Assembly: GCA_001797615.1 (NCBI GenBank)
Contig: MGPV01000029.1
Location: forward strand, 30,583 to 94,582
Direction: 5' to 3'
From: Deltaproteobacteria bacterium GWC2_65_14
Lineage (GTDB): Bacteria > Desulfobacterota > Deferrimicrobia > Deferrimicrobiales > Deferrimicrobiaceae
Length of the DNA: 64,000 nt
A program made the position numbers and the translations under genes. The notes beneath the pieces were generated by a model. That model was given only the letters and a program-made list of their open reading frames with translations. It was not told where the DNA came from and did no database searches. Numbering within the stretch: the stretch's first letter is position 1; each line of letters starts with the position of its first letter. Positions 7,996-15,500 of the stretch are shown here, in pieces.

Positions 7996-9096
7996 CTATT
8001 CCGGTTGGAGCAGCGAGTAGCTTGTACTTCGGCCCCCGGCCGGGTCCTTCGCCAGGATTCCGCGGTCCACGAGGTCGACGATGTCGCGCAAGGCCGTATC
8101 CTGCGAACACTTTGCCATCTTCGCCCATTTCGACGAGGTCAGTTTGCCTTCTATCCCGTCCAGCAACTTGTTGAGCATCAAGTTTTGCCGCTCGTTGAAC
8201 GATGCTCCGCCATGGGAGCCCCAGAAACGGGCCTTCCGGAACACCTCGGCAAGCGTTCTCTCCGCTTCGTCGAAGGAGCGTTCCAGGCACCCCAGGAACC
8301 AGTCCAGGCGCTCCGTGATGTCAAGCGTTCCCTTCTGCGTCTGTTCCAACCCCCCGTAGTAGGCGTTCCGTTCCTGCCGCATCTGGGCCGACATGCTGTA
8401 GAACCTCTGTGGGCTTTGCTCCGAGCGGGCAAGCGTCATGTCTGCGATAGCTCGGGCGATGCGCCCGTTGCCGTCGTCGAAGGGGTGTATGGTCACGAAC
8501 CACAGGTGCGCGATGCACGCGCGCAGCACAAGATCCGTCCCGTCGCCTCCGTTGAACCAATCGAGGAAGGCCGTCATTTCTCGCTCGATCCGGTCGGCAG
8601 GCGGCCCCTCGAAATGTACGCGTTCGTGGCCGAGCGGTCCGGAGACGACCTCCATGGAAGCATCCCGCCAGGTGCCGGCGTTGATCTTCCTGAGGCCGCT
8701 GTAGCCGGTCGGAAACAGCGACGCGTGCCAACCGAACAGTCTTTCCCGGGTCAGAGGCTTGTCGTAGTTACGCGTGGCGTCAAGCACCATCTCGACCACA
8801 CCCTCGACCTTCCTGTCTTCCGGCGTCAAGGCGCCGATGTCCACGCCCAGCCGCCGGGCGACGGAGGAACGCACCTGATCCTTGTCCAGGATCTCCCCTT
8901 CGATTTCGCTGGACTTAAGGACTTCCAGCGTCAGCGTACGCAACTCGGCTTCTTTCCGGAGAGTAAATCCCAGTGCCTGCATCCTTCCGATCAGCCGATC
9001 CTGTTTGTGGCGGACCGCGGTAAGTCGTGGGAAGATGGCTTCCTGGTTCCAACGGAATCGAGGCCAGTCCGGCAAATCGTAGATATAGTTGTTCAT
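7996..9096 (-). CDS. fic: Fic family protein (class II, intramolecular inhibitory helix; probable AMPylator)
   Basis: 366 aa. It has the Fic motif HPFDDGNGRIAR, an N-terminal Fic_N region with the inhibitory motif SSEIEGE ([S/T]xxxE[G/N]), and a C-terminal winged-helix-like tail. Confidence 0.88.
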   Translation of the reverse strand: MNNYIYDLPDWPRFRWNQEAIFPRLTAVRHKQDRLIGRMQALGFTLRKEAELRTLTLEVLKSSEIEGEILDKDQVRSSVARRLGVDIGALTPEDRKVEGVVEMVLDATRNYDKPLTRERLFGWHASLFPTGYSGLRKINAGTWRDASMEVVSGPLGHERVHFEGPPADRIEREMTAFLDWFNGGDGTDLVLRACIAHLWFVTIHPFDDGNGRIARAIADMTLARSEQSPQRFYSMSAQMRQERNAYYGGLEQTQKGTLDITERLDWFLGCLERSFDEAERTLAEVFRKARFWGSHGGASFNERQNLMLNKLLDGIEGKLTSSKWAKMAKCSQDTALRDIVDLVDRGILAKDPAGGRSTSYSLLQPE

Positions 9097-9107
9097 TCAC
9101 CGCACCA

Positions 9108-9140
9108 CATGCGGAGATTATAGCCGATATTCTCCGCATG
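9108..9140. repeat. Palindromic element H1 (10-bp stems CATGCGGAGA / TCTCCGCATG, 13-nt loop) overlapping the putative fic promoter
   Basis: A perfect inverted repeat is seen directly. On the minus strand the loop contains TATAAT (plus 9117-9122). With TTGCCC at plus 9140-9145 and a 17-nt spacer, this makes a sigma70-like promoter ~14 nt upstream of the fic ATG. Confidence 0.7.
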
Positions 9141-9186
9141 GGCAACCTCATTATCTGGTTCAAAGACCGGATCAGCACAGAACCGC

Positions 9187-9221
9187 AGAAAATGCGGAGA
9201 ATAAGGCCCATAATCTCCGCA
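9187..9221 (-). terminator. Palindromic element H2 (8-bp stems TGCGGAGA / TCTCCGCA, 13-nt loop) with downstream U-tract: terminator of the SEC-C gene
   Basis: It has the same stem sequence and a similar loop to H1. On the minus strand the hairpin is followed by TTTTCTG. It lies 8 nt after the SEC-C stop codon. Confidence 0.65.
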
Positions 9222-9228
9222 GCCGACG

Positions 9229-10596
9229 CTACTCTTTTTCCAACCCCAACCGTTCCCACAGGAATCCGAAGTCGAAGGGTTCTCCGCCCCCTCCCCGCGC
9301 CTTTCTCGCCTCATGGAGCTCGAAATCCTTGAGCAGATCGATCACCGCCTGTCGCCCCTTCTTCGTCCGGACCGCGGCCTTCGGAGTTTTCCCGCCGAGC
9401 GCCGGCACAGGCTCGTCGGGCCACCGTTCGTAGTGGCGTCTTAAGAATTCCCGCTCTACTTGGGCTTTCAATTCGGGAGGAATCTCCTCCCTTGGTGATT
9501 TTTTTGCCGCCGCCATTGCCTTGGGCGACATGGGGTCCACAATCTCACGCGCCTTGAATCGGATGGCCGTTCCCGCGATCTTCTCCAGCCATCGGCGCGC
9601 CCCGTCGGCGAGTTTGAGCGTGGGGCAGAAGACTTCGAGGGTATCCGAAGACTTCTTCGTCAAGGATGCCCGGGAGCGGCGCATCTGGTCTTTCATGGGC
9701 TCGAACCGAATCCAACCTTCGTCGATGTCGCCGTCCACATCCGGCTGTGCGGAGAGAACGGCGGTGAGTGCATCCCAGTCGGTTACGGTGAAATGGTCGA
9801 CGGTGAGCGAGACAGGATCCCCCGTCGATGCATGCACGACCTGAGGGAACTGCGGCACCTCCGTGTACTGCTCCAGCCAGTAGTCGGCGATGGTCGTGCC
9901 GACGACTTCGCGGTAGATTTCGTCGTCGACGGTTTTCTCGCGCGCCAATTCGTCGAGGATCTCTTCCCGGCACTCGAGCGGTCGACGGCGGTCCAGGGGA
10001 TAGATGGCGCCGGTCAAGACGTAGCCGTCGGGCCGGCGGGCAATCCGCGCTCCGAAGATGTCCCACTTGACCAGGCTCTTGGAGGCAGTTCGCTCGGTCA
10101 CCTTCACAACCGGCGCGTCGATTCGAAGCAAGTCCTTGATATCGAGTCCTTCACCCGGCGTCAAATGCTGAACTTCATAAAGGCTCAGCGGGTTCTCGCC
10201 AATCGCCTTCAGCCACTCCCTCCCTTGTGCGGGCAACAACGGGCCACCTGGCCCCAGGGCAAGATCGACGGCGCGGACGCGTTTGCCTTCGACGTCGAGA
10301 ATGGCATCAGCAACGAGCCACTCCCCGATGTTGATATCCAGCATTCCTTTCGGGCCGGGCGGGAGGGCGTGGATAATATCGAGTTCCTCCTGGTCGAAGC
10401 CGCCAAGGTAGGTTTCGACGATCGCGTCGTCCACTTCCTCATCGTAATGCGTTTTCAGCCACGCGATCGCGGCGGCGACGGCCGCGTGTTCGTCGCCCGA
10501 AAGCGACACGGCCGCCCGGTCTTTTTCGATGCAGCATTTCTTGTATTTCAGCCCGCTGCCGCACGGGCACGGATCGTTTCGGCCAACCTTGTCCAT
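9229..10596 (-). CDS. SEC-C motif (metal-binding) domain protein, function unknown; co-transcribed with upstream MazF-like gene
   Basis: 455 aa. The N-terminus has [16 protein letters not shown] (SEC-C/YecA-type Cys4 motif). The remainder is acidic and Trp-rich with no catalytic motif I recognise. A GGGAGG RBS sits 11 nt before its ATG, inside the 55-nt gap after the toxin gene stop. Confidence 0.75.
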   Translation of the reverse strand: MDKVGRNDPCPCGSGLKYKKCCIEKDRAAVSLSGDEHAAVAAAIAWLKTHYDEEVDDAIVETYLGGFDQEELDIIHALPPGPKGMLDINIGEWLVADAILDVEGKRVRAVDLALGPGGPLLPAQGREWLKAIGENPLSLYEVQHLTPGEGLDIKDLLRIDAPVVKVTERTASKSLVKWDIFGARIARRPDGYVLTGAIYPLDRRRPLECREEILDELAREKTVDDEIYREVVGTTIADYWLEQYTEVPQFPQVVHASTGDPVSLTVDHFTVTDWDALTAVLSAQPDVDGDIDEGWIRFEPMKDQMRRSRASLTKKSSDTLEVFCPTLKLADGARRWLEKIAGTAIRFKAREIVDPMSPKAMAAAKKSPREEIPPELKAQVEREFLRRHYERWPDEPVPALGGKTPKAAVRTKKGRQAVIDLLKDFELHEARKARGGGGEPFDFGFLWERLGLEKE

Positions 10597-10651
10597 CGGA
10601 TCACGGACCTCCCGCCGGGAACTGGCGCTCTATCGCAAGCTTATGTTCCTA

Positions 10652-10966
10652 TTACTTCCCATCGGTGCCTTTTATCTTTATCCGATCCAGACGGCAAGTG
10701 GCAACCGTCGCCATCATGTCGCATTTCGCCCACGTGGGCCTGTCGGCGTAATGCCCCGGCAATGACCGAGGATCCATGCGGTGGTGGTGGTCCTCGACCG
10801 GATTGGGAGCGGTAGTGCTGAGCGGAACGATCGTGACAAGCTCCACCCTCCGCCGCCTTCCCGATATTACGATTACCGGCCGGGTTTTTACCATCTCGGG
10901 CGCCTTGAAACCGGAGAAGTCACAGACCAGGAGCGTTCCGGCATCCGGATGGAATGTGAGCGCCAT
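10652..10966 (-). CDS. mazF: MazF/PemK-family endoribonuclease toxin homologue (no cognate antitoxin gene detected)
   Basis: 104 aa. It aligns by eye to E. coli MazF: PDAGTLLVCDFSG~PDMGDLIWVDFDP, EMVKTRPVIVIS~EQAGHRPAVVLS, LVTIVPLSTT~MCLCVPCTTQ, and C-terminal …ATCRLDRIKIKG. The upstream 124 nt to the tRNA contain no ORF with a start codon. Confidence 0.8.
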   Translation of the reverse strand: MALTFHPDAGTLLVCDFSGFKAPEMVKTRPVIVISGRRRRVELVTIVPLSTTAPNPVEDHHHRMDPRSLPGHYADRPTWAKCDMMATVATCRLDRIKIKGTDGK

Positions 10967-10974
10967 GGCAAGGA

Positions 10975-11003
10975 AGGGTATCCTTGGTGGAAGGAAGTGT
11001 CAA
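10975..11003 (-). promoter_or_regulatory. Putative promoter of the mazF-like/SEC-C operon (TTGACA-17-TACCCT), near-leaderless
   Basis: Minus-strand TTGACA is at 11003-10998, the spacer is 17 nt, and a weak -10 TACCCT is at 10980-10975. Only ~8 nt lie between the -10 and the ATG at 10966. No SD is present. Confidence 0.45.
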
Positions 11004-11004
11004 C

Positions 11005-11028
11005 GGTATGAGTAATGGTATGAGTAAC
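11005..11028. repeat. Tandem 12-nt direct repeat (ggtatgagtaaT ggtatgagtaaC) abutting the -35 of the toxin promoter; candidate operator
   Basis: Seen directly. It sits immediately upstream (minus-strand sense) of the TTGACA box. Confidence 0.7.
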
Positions 11029-11088
11029 CCCGTCAGAATTCGGCCAAAAAAGAAGGAGAACCGCAAGTCTGCGATTCTCCGTGGTAAT

Positions 11089-11136
11089 TCCTGGCGGTCC
11101 CACCGGGGTTCGAACCCGGGTTTTCGCCGTGAGAGG
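11089..11136. repeat. attL-like direct repeat: element-supplied 3' part of the reconstituted tRNA-Glu gene
   Basis: 48 bp identical to 7226-7273. Confidence 0.9.
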
Positions 11137-11167
11137 GCGGTGTCCTAGTCCACTAGACGATGGGACC
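11092..11167 (-). tRNA. tRNA-Glu (anticodon CUC), CCA encoded
   Basis: The reverse complement reads GGTCCCATCGTCTAGTGGACTAGGACACCGCCCTCTCACGGCGAAAACCCGGGTTCGAACCCCGGTGGGACCGCCA. It has a 7-bp acceptor stem, anticodon loop CTCTCAC and T-loop GGTTCGAAC. Confidence 0.9.
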
Positions 11168-11170
11168 TTC

Positions 11171-11245
11171 TGGCTGAGGAGCCAGGATTCGAACCTGGAA
11201 AACCTGGTCCAGAGCCAGGCGTGATGCCGTTTCACCACTCCTCAA
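11171..11245 (-). tRNA. tRNA-Gln (anticodon CUG), CCA encoded
   Basis: The reverse complement reads TTGAGGAGTGGTGAAACGGCATCACGCCTGGCTCTGGACCAGGTTTTCCAGGTTCGAATCCTGGCTCCTCAGCCA. The acceptor stem has U1-G72, the anticodon loop is CTCTGGA and the T-loop is GGTTCGAAT. It lies 3 nt from tRNA-Glu. Confidence 0.85.
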
Positions 11246-11348
11246 CGGAACTGGCAGGATAGCCGAGCATGCCTCCTCCCGTCAAGCGGGATTCCGCAAC
11301 GGACGCCCCGTTTTGACTCGATCCCGGCGGCATGCTATTTCTTTACGG

Positions 11349-13055
11349 ATGCAGACCCCGGAAGGAACGGACCGGAAGGATTTTCTCCGGGAAATCGTCC
11401 GGCAGGACACGCGGGACGGCCGCCACGGCGGCCGGGTCGTGACCCGCTTTCCCCCCGAGCCGAACGGCTACCTCCACATCGGCCACGCCAAGTCGATCTG
11501 CCTGAACTTCGGCATCGCGGAGGAGTTCGGCGGGATCTGCCACCTCCGGTTCGACGACACCAACCCGGAAACCGAGGACGTGAAGTATGTCGAGTCGATT
11601 CAGCGCGACGTGCGCTGGCTCGGTTTCGATTGGAAGGACAAGCTCTTCTTCGCTTCCGACTATTCCGGGCGGCTCTATGAATTCGCCGTCCGGCTGATCC
11701 GGGACGGCAAGGCCTACGTGGACAGCCAGAGCGAGGAGGAGATCCGGGCGAACCGGGGAACCGTCACCGAGCCGGGGACCGAAAGCCCGTACCGCGGCCG
11801 CACCGTGGAGGAGAACCTCGACCTCTTCGCCCGGATGCGGGCCGGGGAGTTCCCCGACGGGGCGCATGTGCTGCGCGGCAGGGTGGACATGTCGGCGGCC
11901 AACATGAAGATGCGCGACCCGCTCCTCTACCGGATCCGGCACGCCACACACTACCGCACCGGCGACTCCTGGTGCCTCTACCCGATGTACGACTTCGCCC
12001 ACCCGCTCTCCGACGCGATCGAGGGGATCACCCACTCGAACTGCACGCTGGAGTTCGAGAACAACCGGGCGGTCTACGACTGGCTGCTCGACTGCCTCTT
12101 CGCCGAGCCGAGGCCCCACCAGTACGAGTTCGCCCGCCTGAACCTCGACTACGCGGTAATGAGCAAGCGCAAGCTGCTTCAGCTGGCGGAGGAGGGTCTG
12201 GTCACGGGGTGGGACGATCCGAGGATGCCGACGATCGCCGGGATGCGGCGGCGCGGGTACACCCCGGAGGGGATCCGCCTCTTCGCGGAGCGGATCGGCG
12301 TGGACAAGGCGAACAGCCGGGTCAGCATGGAGATCCTGGAGGACGCGATCCGGGACGACCTGAACGCCCGCGCCCCCCGCGTCATGGCGGTCCTTCGCCC
12401 CCTCAAGGTGACGATCGGAAACTACCCGGAGGGGAAGGTCGAGTGGCTCGAGGCCGGATACTGGCCCCGCGACATCGACCGGGAGGGCTCCAGGAAGGTT
12501 CCGCTCTCACGGGTAATCCATATCGAACGGACCGATTTCCTCGAGGATCCCCCCGCCGACTGGATCCGGCTCAAACCGGGCGGGGAGGTGCGGCTGCGCA
12601 ACGGCTACTTCATCCGCTGCGAATCGGTCGAAAAGGACCCGGCCACGGGGGAGGTGGCCGCTCTTCGGTGCAGCTACGACCCGGCCTCCCTCGGGGCGCC
12701 GTCGAAGGGGCCGCGGAAAAAAACCACCGCCGTCCAGTGGGTCTCGGCCGCGCATGCGCTTCGGGCCGAGGTGCGTCTCTACGACCGGCTCTTCACCGAG
12801 GCGGACCCGGAAAGCGCGGGGGAGGAGAGGGGTTTCCGGGATTTCCTGAACCCGGCCTCGGTGGAGATCCTCACGGGCTGCATGCTCGAGCCGGGGCTTG
12901 CGGACGCCTTGCCCGGCGAACGCTTCCAGTTCCTGCGCCACGGGTACTTCATCGCCGACGAGACCGACTCGCGCCCCGGGGCTCCTGTCTTCAACCGGAT
13001 CGTCGGCCTGAAGGACCGGTACAGGGCGGGGACGGCGCAGCCGGGCCGGGAGTAG
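11349..13055 (+). CDS. glnS: Glutaminyl-tRNA synthetase
   Basis: Class I motifs RFPPEPNGYLHIGHAKS and VMSKR. The C-terminal anticodon-binding beta-barrels match GlnRS, not GluRS. The ORF track starts at TTG 11313. ATG 11349 (MQTPEGTDRKDFLREIVRQD…) fits the GlnRS N-terminus better. Confidence 0.9.
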   Translation: MQTPEGTDRKDFLREIVRQDTRDGRHGGRVVTRFPPEPNGYLHIGHAKSICLNFGIAEEFGGICHLRFDDTNPETEDVKYVESIQRDVRWLGFDWKDKLFFASDYSGRLYEFAVRLIRDGKAYVDSQSEEEIRANRGTVTEPGTESPYRGRTVEENLDLFARMRAGEFPDGAHVLRGRVDMSAANMKMRDPLLYRIRHATHYRTGDSWCLYPMYDFAHPLSDAIEGITHSNCTLEFENNRAVYDWLLDCLFAEPRPHQYEFARLNLDYAVMSKRKLLQLAEEGLVTGWDDPRMPTIAGMRRRGYTPEGIRLFAERIGVDKANSRVSMEILEDAIRDDLNARAPRVMAVLRPLKVTIGNYPEGKVEWLEAGYWPRDIDREGSRKVPLSRVIHIERTDFLEDPPADWIRLKPGGEVRLRNGYFIRCESVEKDPATGEVAALRCSYDPASLGAPSKGPRKKTTAVQWVSAAHALRAEVRLYDRLFTEADPESAGEERGFRDFLNPASVEILTGCMLEPGLADALPGERFQFLRHGYFIADETDSRPGAPVFNRIVGLKDRYRAGTAQPGRE

Positions 13056-13067
13056 CCGAAGAAAGCT

Positions 13068-14474
13068 TCAGGACACTTTCCCGATCCGGTCGGAAGCCGC
13101 CGAGAGGCGGCGGATCACCTCGTCTTTTCCCAGGATATCCATCACCTCGAAGATCCCGGGGGACACCGTGCCCCCGGTCAATGCCACCCGAAGTGGCTGA
13201 GCAATCTTCCCAAGCTTTTCCTGGCGTTTTTCCGCTATACGGTGAAGTATCGGTTCAATGGTCTCGGGGGTAAATTCCGCCATGGGGGCGAACGCGTTTG
13301 CCAGTTCCTCGAAGAGTCCGGCCGCCTCCTTCGTGAGGAACTTTTCCGCCGCCTTCGGGTCCGGCTCCTTCTCCCGGAAATAGTACTCGGAAGACTCCGC
13401 CATCTCCGCCAGCGTCTTCGCGCGCTCCTGGAAGGTGCGGACCGCCTTCGCCAGCCAGGGGGAACTTTCCGTCTCGATCCCCCGGGCACGCAGGAAAGGG
13501 ACCAGCAGATCCGCCAGCCGCCGCGGATCGCCCGACTTGAGGTAGTGGGCGGAAAGGTGCAGCAGCTTCTCCGGGTCGAACCGGGAGGGGGATTTCCCGA
13601 CGCTCTCCAGGGAGAAGATCCGTTGCAGTTCCTCCACCGAGAAGATCTCCTGGTCCCCGTGCCCCCATCCCAGCCGCACCAGGTAGTTCACCATCGCCTC
13701 GGGGAGAAATCCCCGCTCCCGGTAGGACTGCACCGAGACGTCGTCCTGCCGCTTCGACATCTTTCCCCCCTCGATCCCGAAGATCAATGGAAAGTGGCCG
13801 AACTTCGGGAGCGGGTGGCCGAGCGCTTCGTAGAGCAGGATCTGCTTCGGGGTGTTGTTCAGATGGTCGTCGCCTCGCAACACATGGGTGATCCCCATCG
13901 CCGCGTCGTCCACGACCACGACGAAATTGTAGGTCGGCGAGCCGTCCGAGCGGAGCAGGATCAGGTCGTCAAGCTCGGCGTTGTCGTAGGTCACCTCCCC
14001 GCGCAGGAGGTCGTCGACGATCGTTTTTCCGGAGGGGGGGGTCCGGAACCGGACCACGTGGGTCTTCCCGGCCGCCTCCGCGGGAGGCAGGTTCCGGCAC
14101 CGGCCGTCGTACCGCGGCTTCTCCCCCCGGGCCTTCATGGTTTCCCGGCGGGCGTCGAGCTCCTCCGGCGTGCACACGCAGCGGTAGGCTTTCCCTTCGG
14201 CCAGCAGCCGGTCCGCCTCGCGGCGGTAGAGGTCGATCCGCTCCGTCTGGAAGAAGGGGCCCTCGTCCCAGGAAAGGCCCAGCCAGCGCATCCCGTCGAG
14301 GATCGCCTGCGCCATCTCCGGCGTGGACCGTTCCTTGTCGGTGTCCTCGATCCGCAGGAGGAACTTCCCGCCGTGGCGCCGCGCGAAGAGCCAGTTGAAG
14401 AGGGCGGTGCGGGCCCCCCCGATATGGAGGTATCCGGTGGGGCTGGGGGCGAAGCGGGTGACCACGGTCGGCAT
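13068..14474 (-). CDS. gltX: Glutamyl-tRNA synthetase
   Basis: TRFAPSPTGYLHIGGARTALFNW, KMSKRQ and the bacterial GluRS C-terminal domain. ORF track start is 14486. The ATG at 14474 (MPTVVTRFAPSPTG, GAGAGG RBS) is more typical. Confidence 0.9.
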   Translation of the reverse strand: MPTVVTRFAPSPTGYLHIGGARTALFNWLFARRHGGKFLLRIEDTDKERSTPEMAQAILDGMRWLGLSWDEGPFFQTERIDLYRREADRLLAEGKAYRCVCTPEELDARRETMKARGEKPRYDGRCRNLPPAEAAGKTHVVRFRTPPSGKTIVDDLLRGEVTYDNAELDDLILLRSDGSPTYNFVVVVDDAAMGITHVLRGDDHLNNTPKQILLYEALGHPLPKFGHFPLIFGIEGGKMSKRQDDVSVQSYRERGFLPEAMVNYLVRLGWGHGDQEIFSVEELQRIFSLESVGKSPSRFDPEKLLHLSAHYLKSGDPRRLADLLVPFLRARGIETESSPWLAKAVRTFQERAKTLAEMAESSEYYFREKEPDPKAAEKFLTKEAAGLFEELANAFAPMAEFTPETIEPILHRIAEKRQEKLGKIAQPLRVALTGGTVSPGIFEVMDILGKDEVIRRLSAASDRIGKVS

Positions 14475-14534
14475 GGGACCTCTCATCGTTCCGGTGGTTT
14501 GCGGTCCGGACGGGGGGCGGGGAATGCGTTTCCG

Positions 14535-15341
14535 TTACGTGAAGGCCAGGCCGGCATACCCCACGACCTGCCCGCGGTCCCCGCTGACGTCGCCGGAAGT
14601 GGCATATCGTACCAGACGGGCGGAGGTTGCGCCAAGGGCGAGGGAGGCGAACAGGACGACGGCGGCGGGGATGGCGCCGCACATCGAGATCCGCTCCGAG
14701 CGGACCGTGCGCAGGAGCGCCTCCGGGTCCAGGGCAAGCATGGCGTCGATCGCCTTTTTGTCCTTTTCGCGGGCGACCGGGTCCGGCTCGTAGTGGGACA
14801 TGTCGGAGCTGGCGATGAGCAGGACCGGCTCCGGATCCTCCCCGACGACCCGCGCGGCCGATTCTCCCAGCGCCCGGCAATCGGAGGGGGAAAGGTCGCC
14901 CAGCGCGACCGGGACGAAGTAGAACTCCGGCCGGAACCTCCGGAGAAAGGGAAGCTGCACCTCCAGCGAGTGCTCGTCCCGGTGGGCCGAGGGGTCCTCC
15001 CGAAGCAGGGGGGAAGCCTCGATCAGGCGGTCGGCGAGTCCCTCGTCGATCGGGACGTCGCCCCAGGGCATCTTCCAGGCCCCCCGCCCATGGATCGCCG
15101 CCTCCGCCCCCCGGCCGGTGTGGTTGGGGCAGAAGATGATGTGGCGCAGGGGGATTTCGATCGAGGAGAAGAGGGCCCCCGCGACCCCTCCCGAGTAGAC
15201 GTAGCCGGCGTGGGGGGCGACCACCCCCTTGGCGGGGATCTTCTCCGGCAGGTCGGCGGTGAGGGTCCGGACGGCGCGGTCCAGCTCCCGGGCCGATCTA
15301 GGATAAAAACTCCCTGCCACGGCGGGGTTTCGGATCGTCAT
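14535..15341 (-). CDS. MEMO1-family protein (AmmeMemoRadiSam system protein B-like)
   Basis: The 268-aa C-terminal part of a longer track ORF, starting MTIRNPAVAGSFYP…, with His-rich MEMO motifs (APHAGYVYSG, CPNHTG, SSDMSHY). The upstream 5' extension in the track is a GC artefact. Confidence 0.8.
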   Translation of the reverse strand: MTIRNPAVAGSFYPRSARELDRAVRTLTADLPEKIPAKGVVAPHAGYVYSGGVAGALFSSIEIPLRHIIFCPNHTGRGAEAAIHGRGAWKMPWGDVPIDEGLADRLIEASPLLREDPSAHRDEHSLEVQLPFLRRFRPEFYFVPVALGDLSPSDCRALGESAARVVGEDPEPVLLIASSDMSHYEPDPVAREKDKKAIDAMLALDPEALLRTVRSERISMCGAIPAAVVLFASLALGATSARLVRYATSGDVSGDRGQVVGYAGLAFT

Positions 15342-15416
15342 GAGACATGATATACCACAAACGACGGACGGAGCCGCGGGCGCAGGCCCGGGGGCCCCCG
15401 GGGGCGGAGTGGTTCG

Positions 15417-15470
15417 CACGGAATCCCGCACGGAATCCCGATTGACAGCCGGGAGGCGGTTCCATATAGT
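15417..15470 (+). promoter_or_regulatory. Promoter of the yceD-rpmF-plsX-fab operon with a tandem 12-bp repeat just upstream
   Basis: TTGACA (15442-47), a 17-nt spacer and TATAGT (15465-70). Tandem cacggaatcccg x2 (15417-15440) abuts the -35. An AGGGAAG SD lies before the TTG start at 15501. Confidence 0.7.
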
Positions 15471-15500
15471 ATTTGTTTTAATTATTAGGGAAGTGCGTCT

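Larger units (their letters stand above)
7226..11136. mobile_element. Degenerate tRNA-Glu-targeted integrative islet (~3.9 kb) carrying integrase fragment, Fic, SEC-C protein and MazF-like toxin
   Basis: It is bounded by 48-bp perfect direct repeats matching the tRNA-Glu 3' end. The native terminator is at the distal end. It holds a tyrosine recombinase catalytic-domain fragment. The cargo uses visibly more A/T-rich codons than the flanking core genes. Confidence 0.8.

Noticed and set aside
10888-11238. A 116-aa minus-strand ORF covering the toxin upstream region and both tRNA genes, considered as a possible antitoxin
   Set aside because: It is read through two tRNA genes. Its only start codon lies beyond the tRNAs. 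No start exists within the 124-nt gap.
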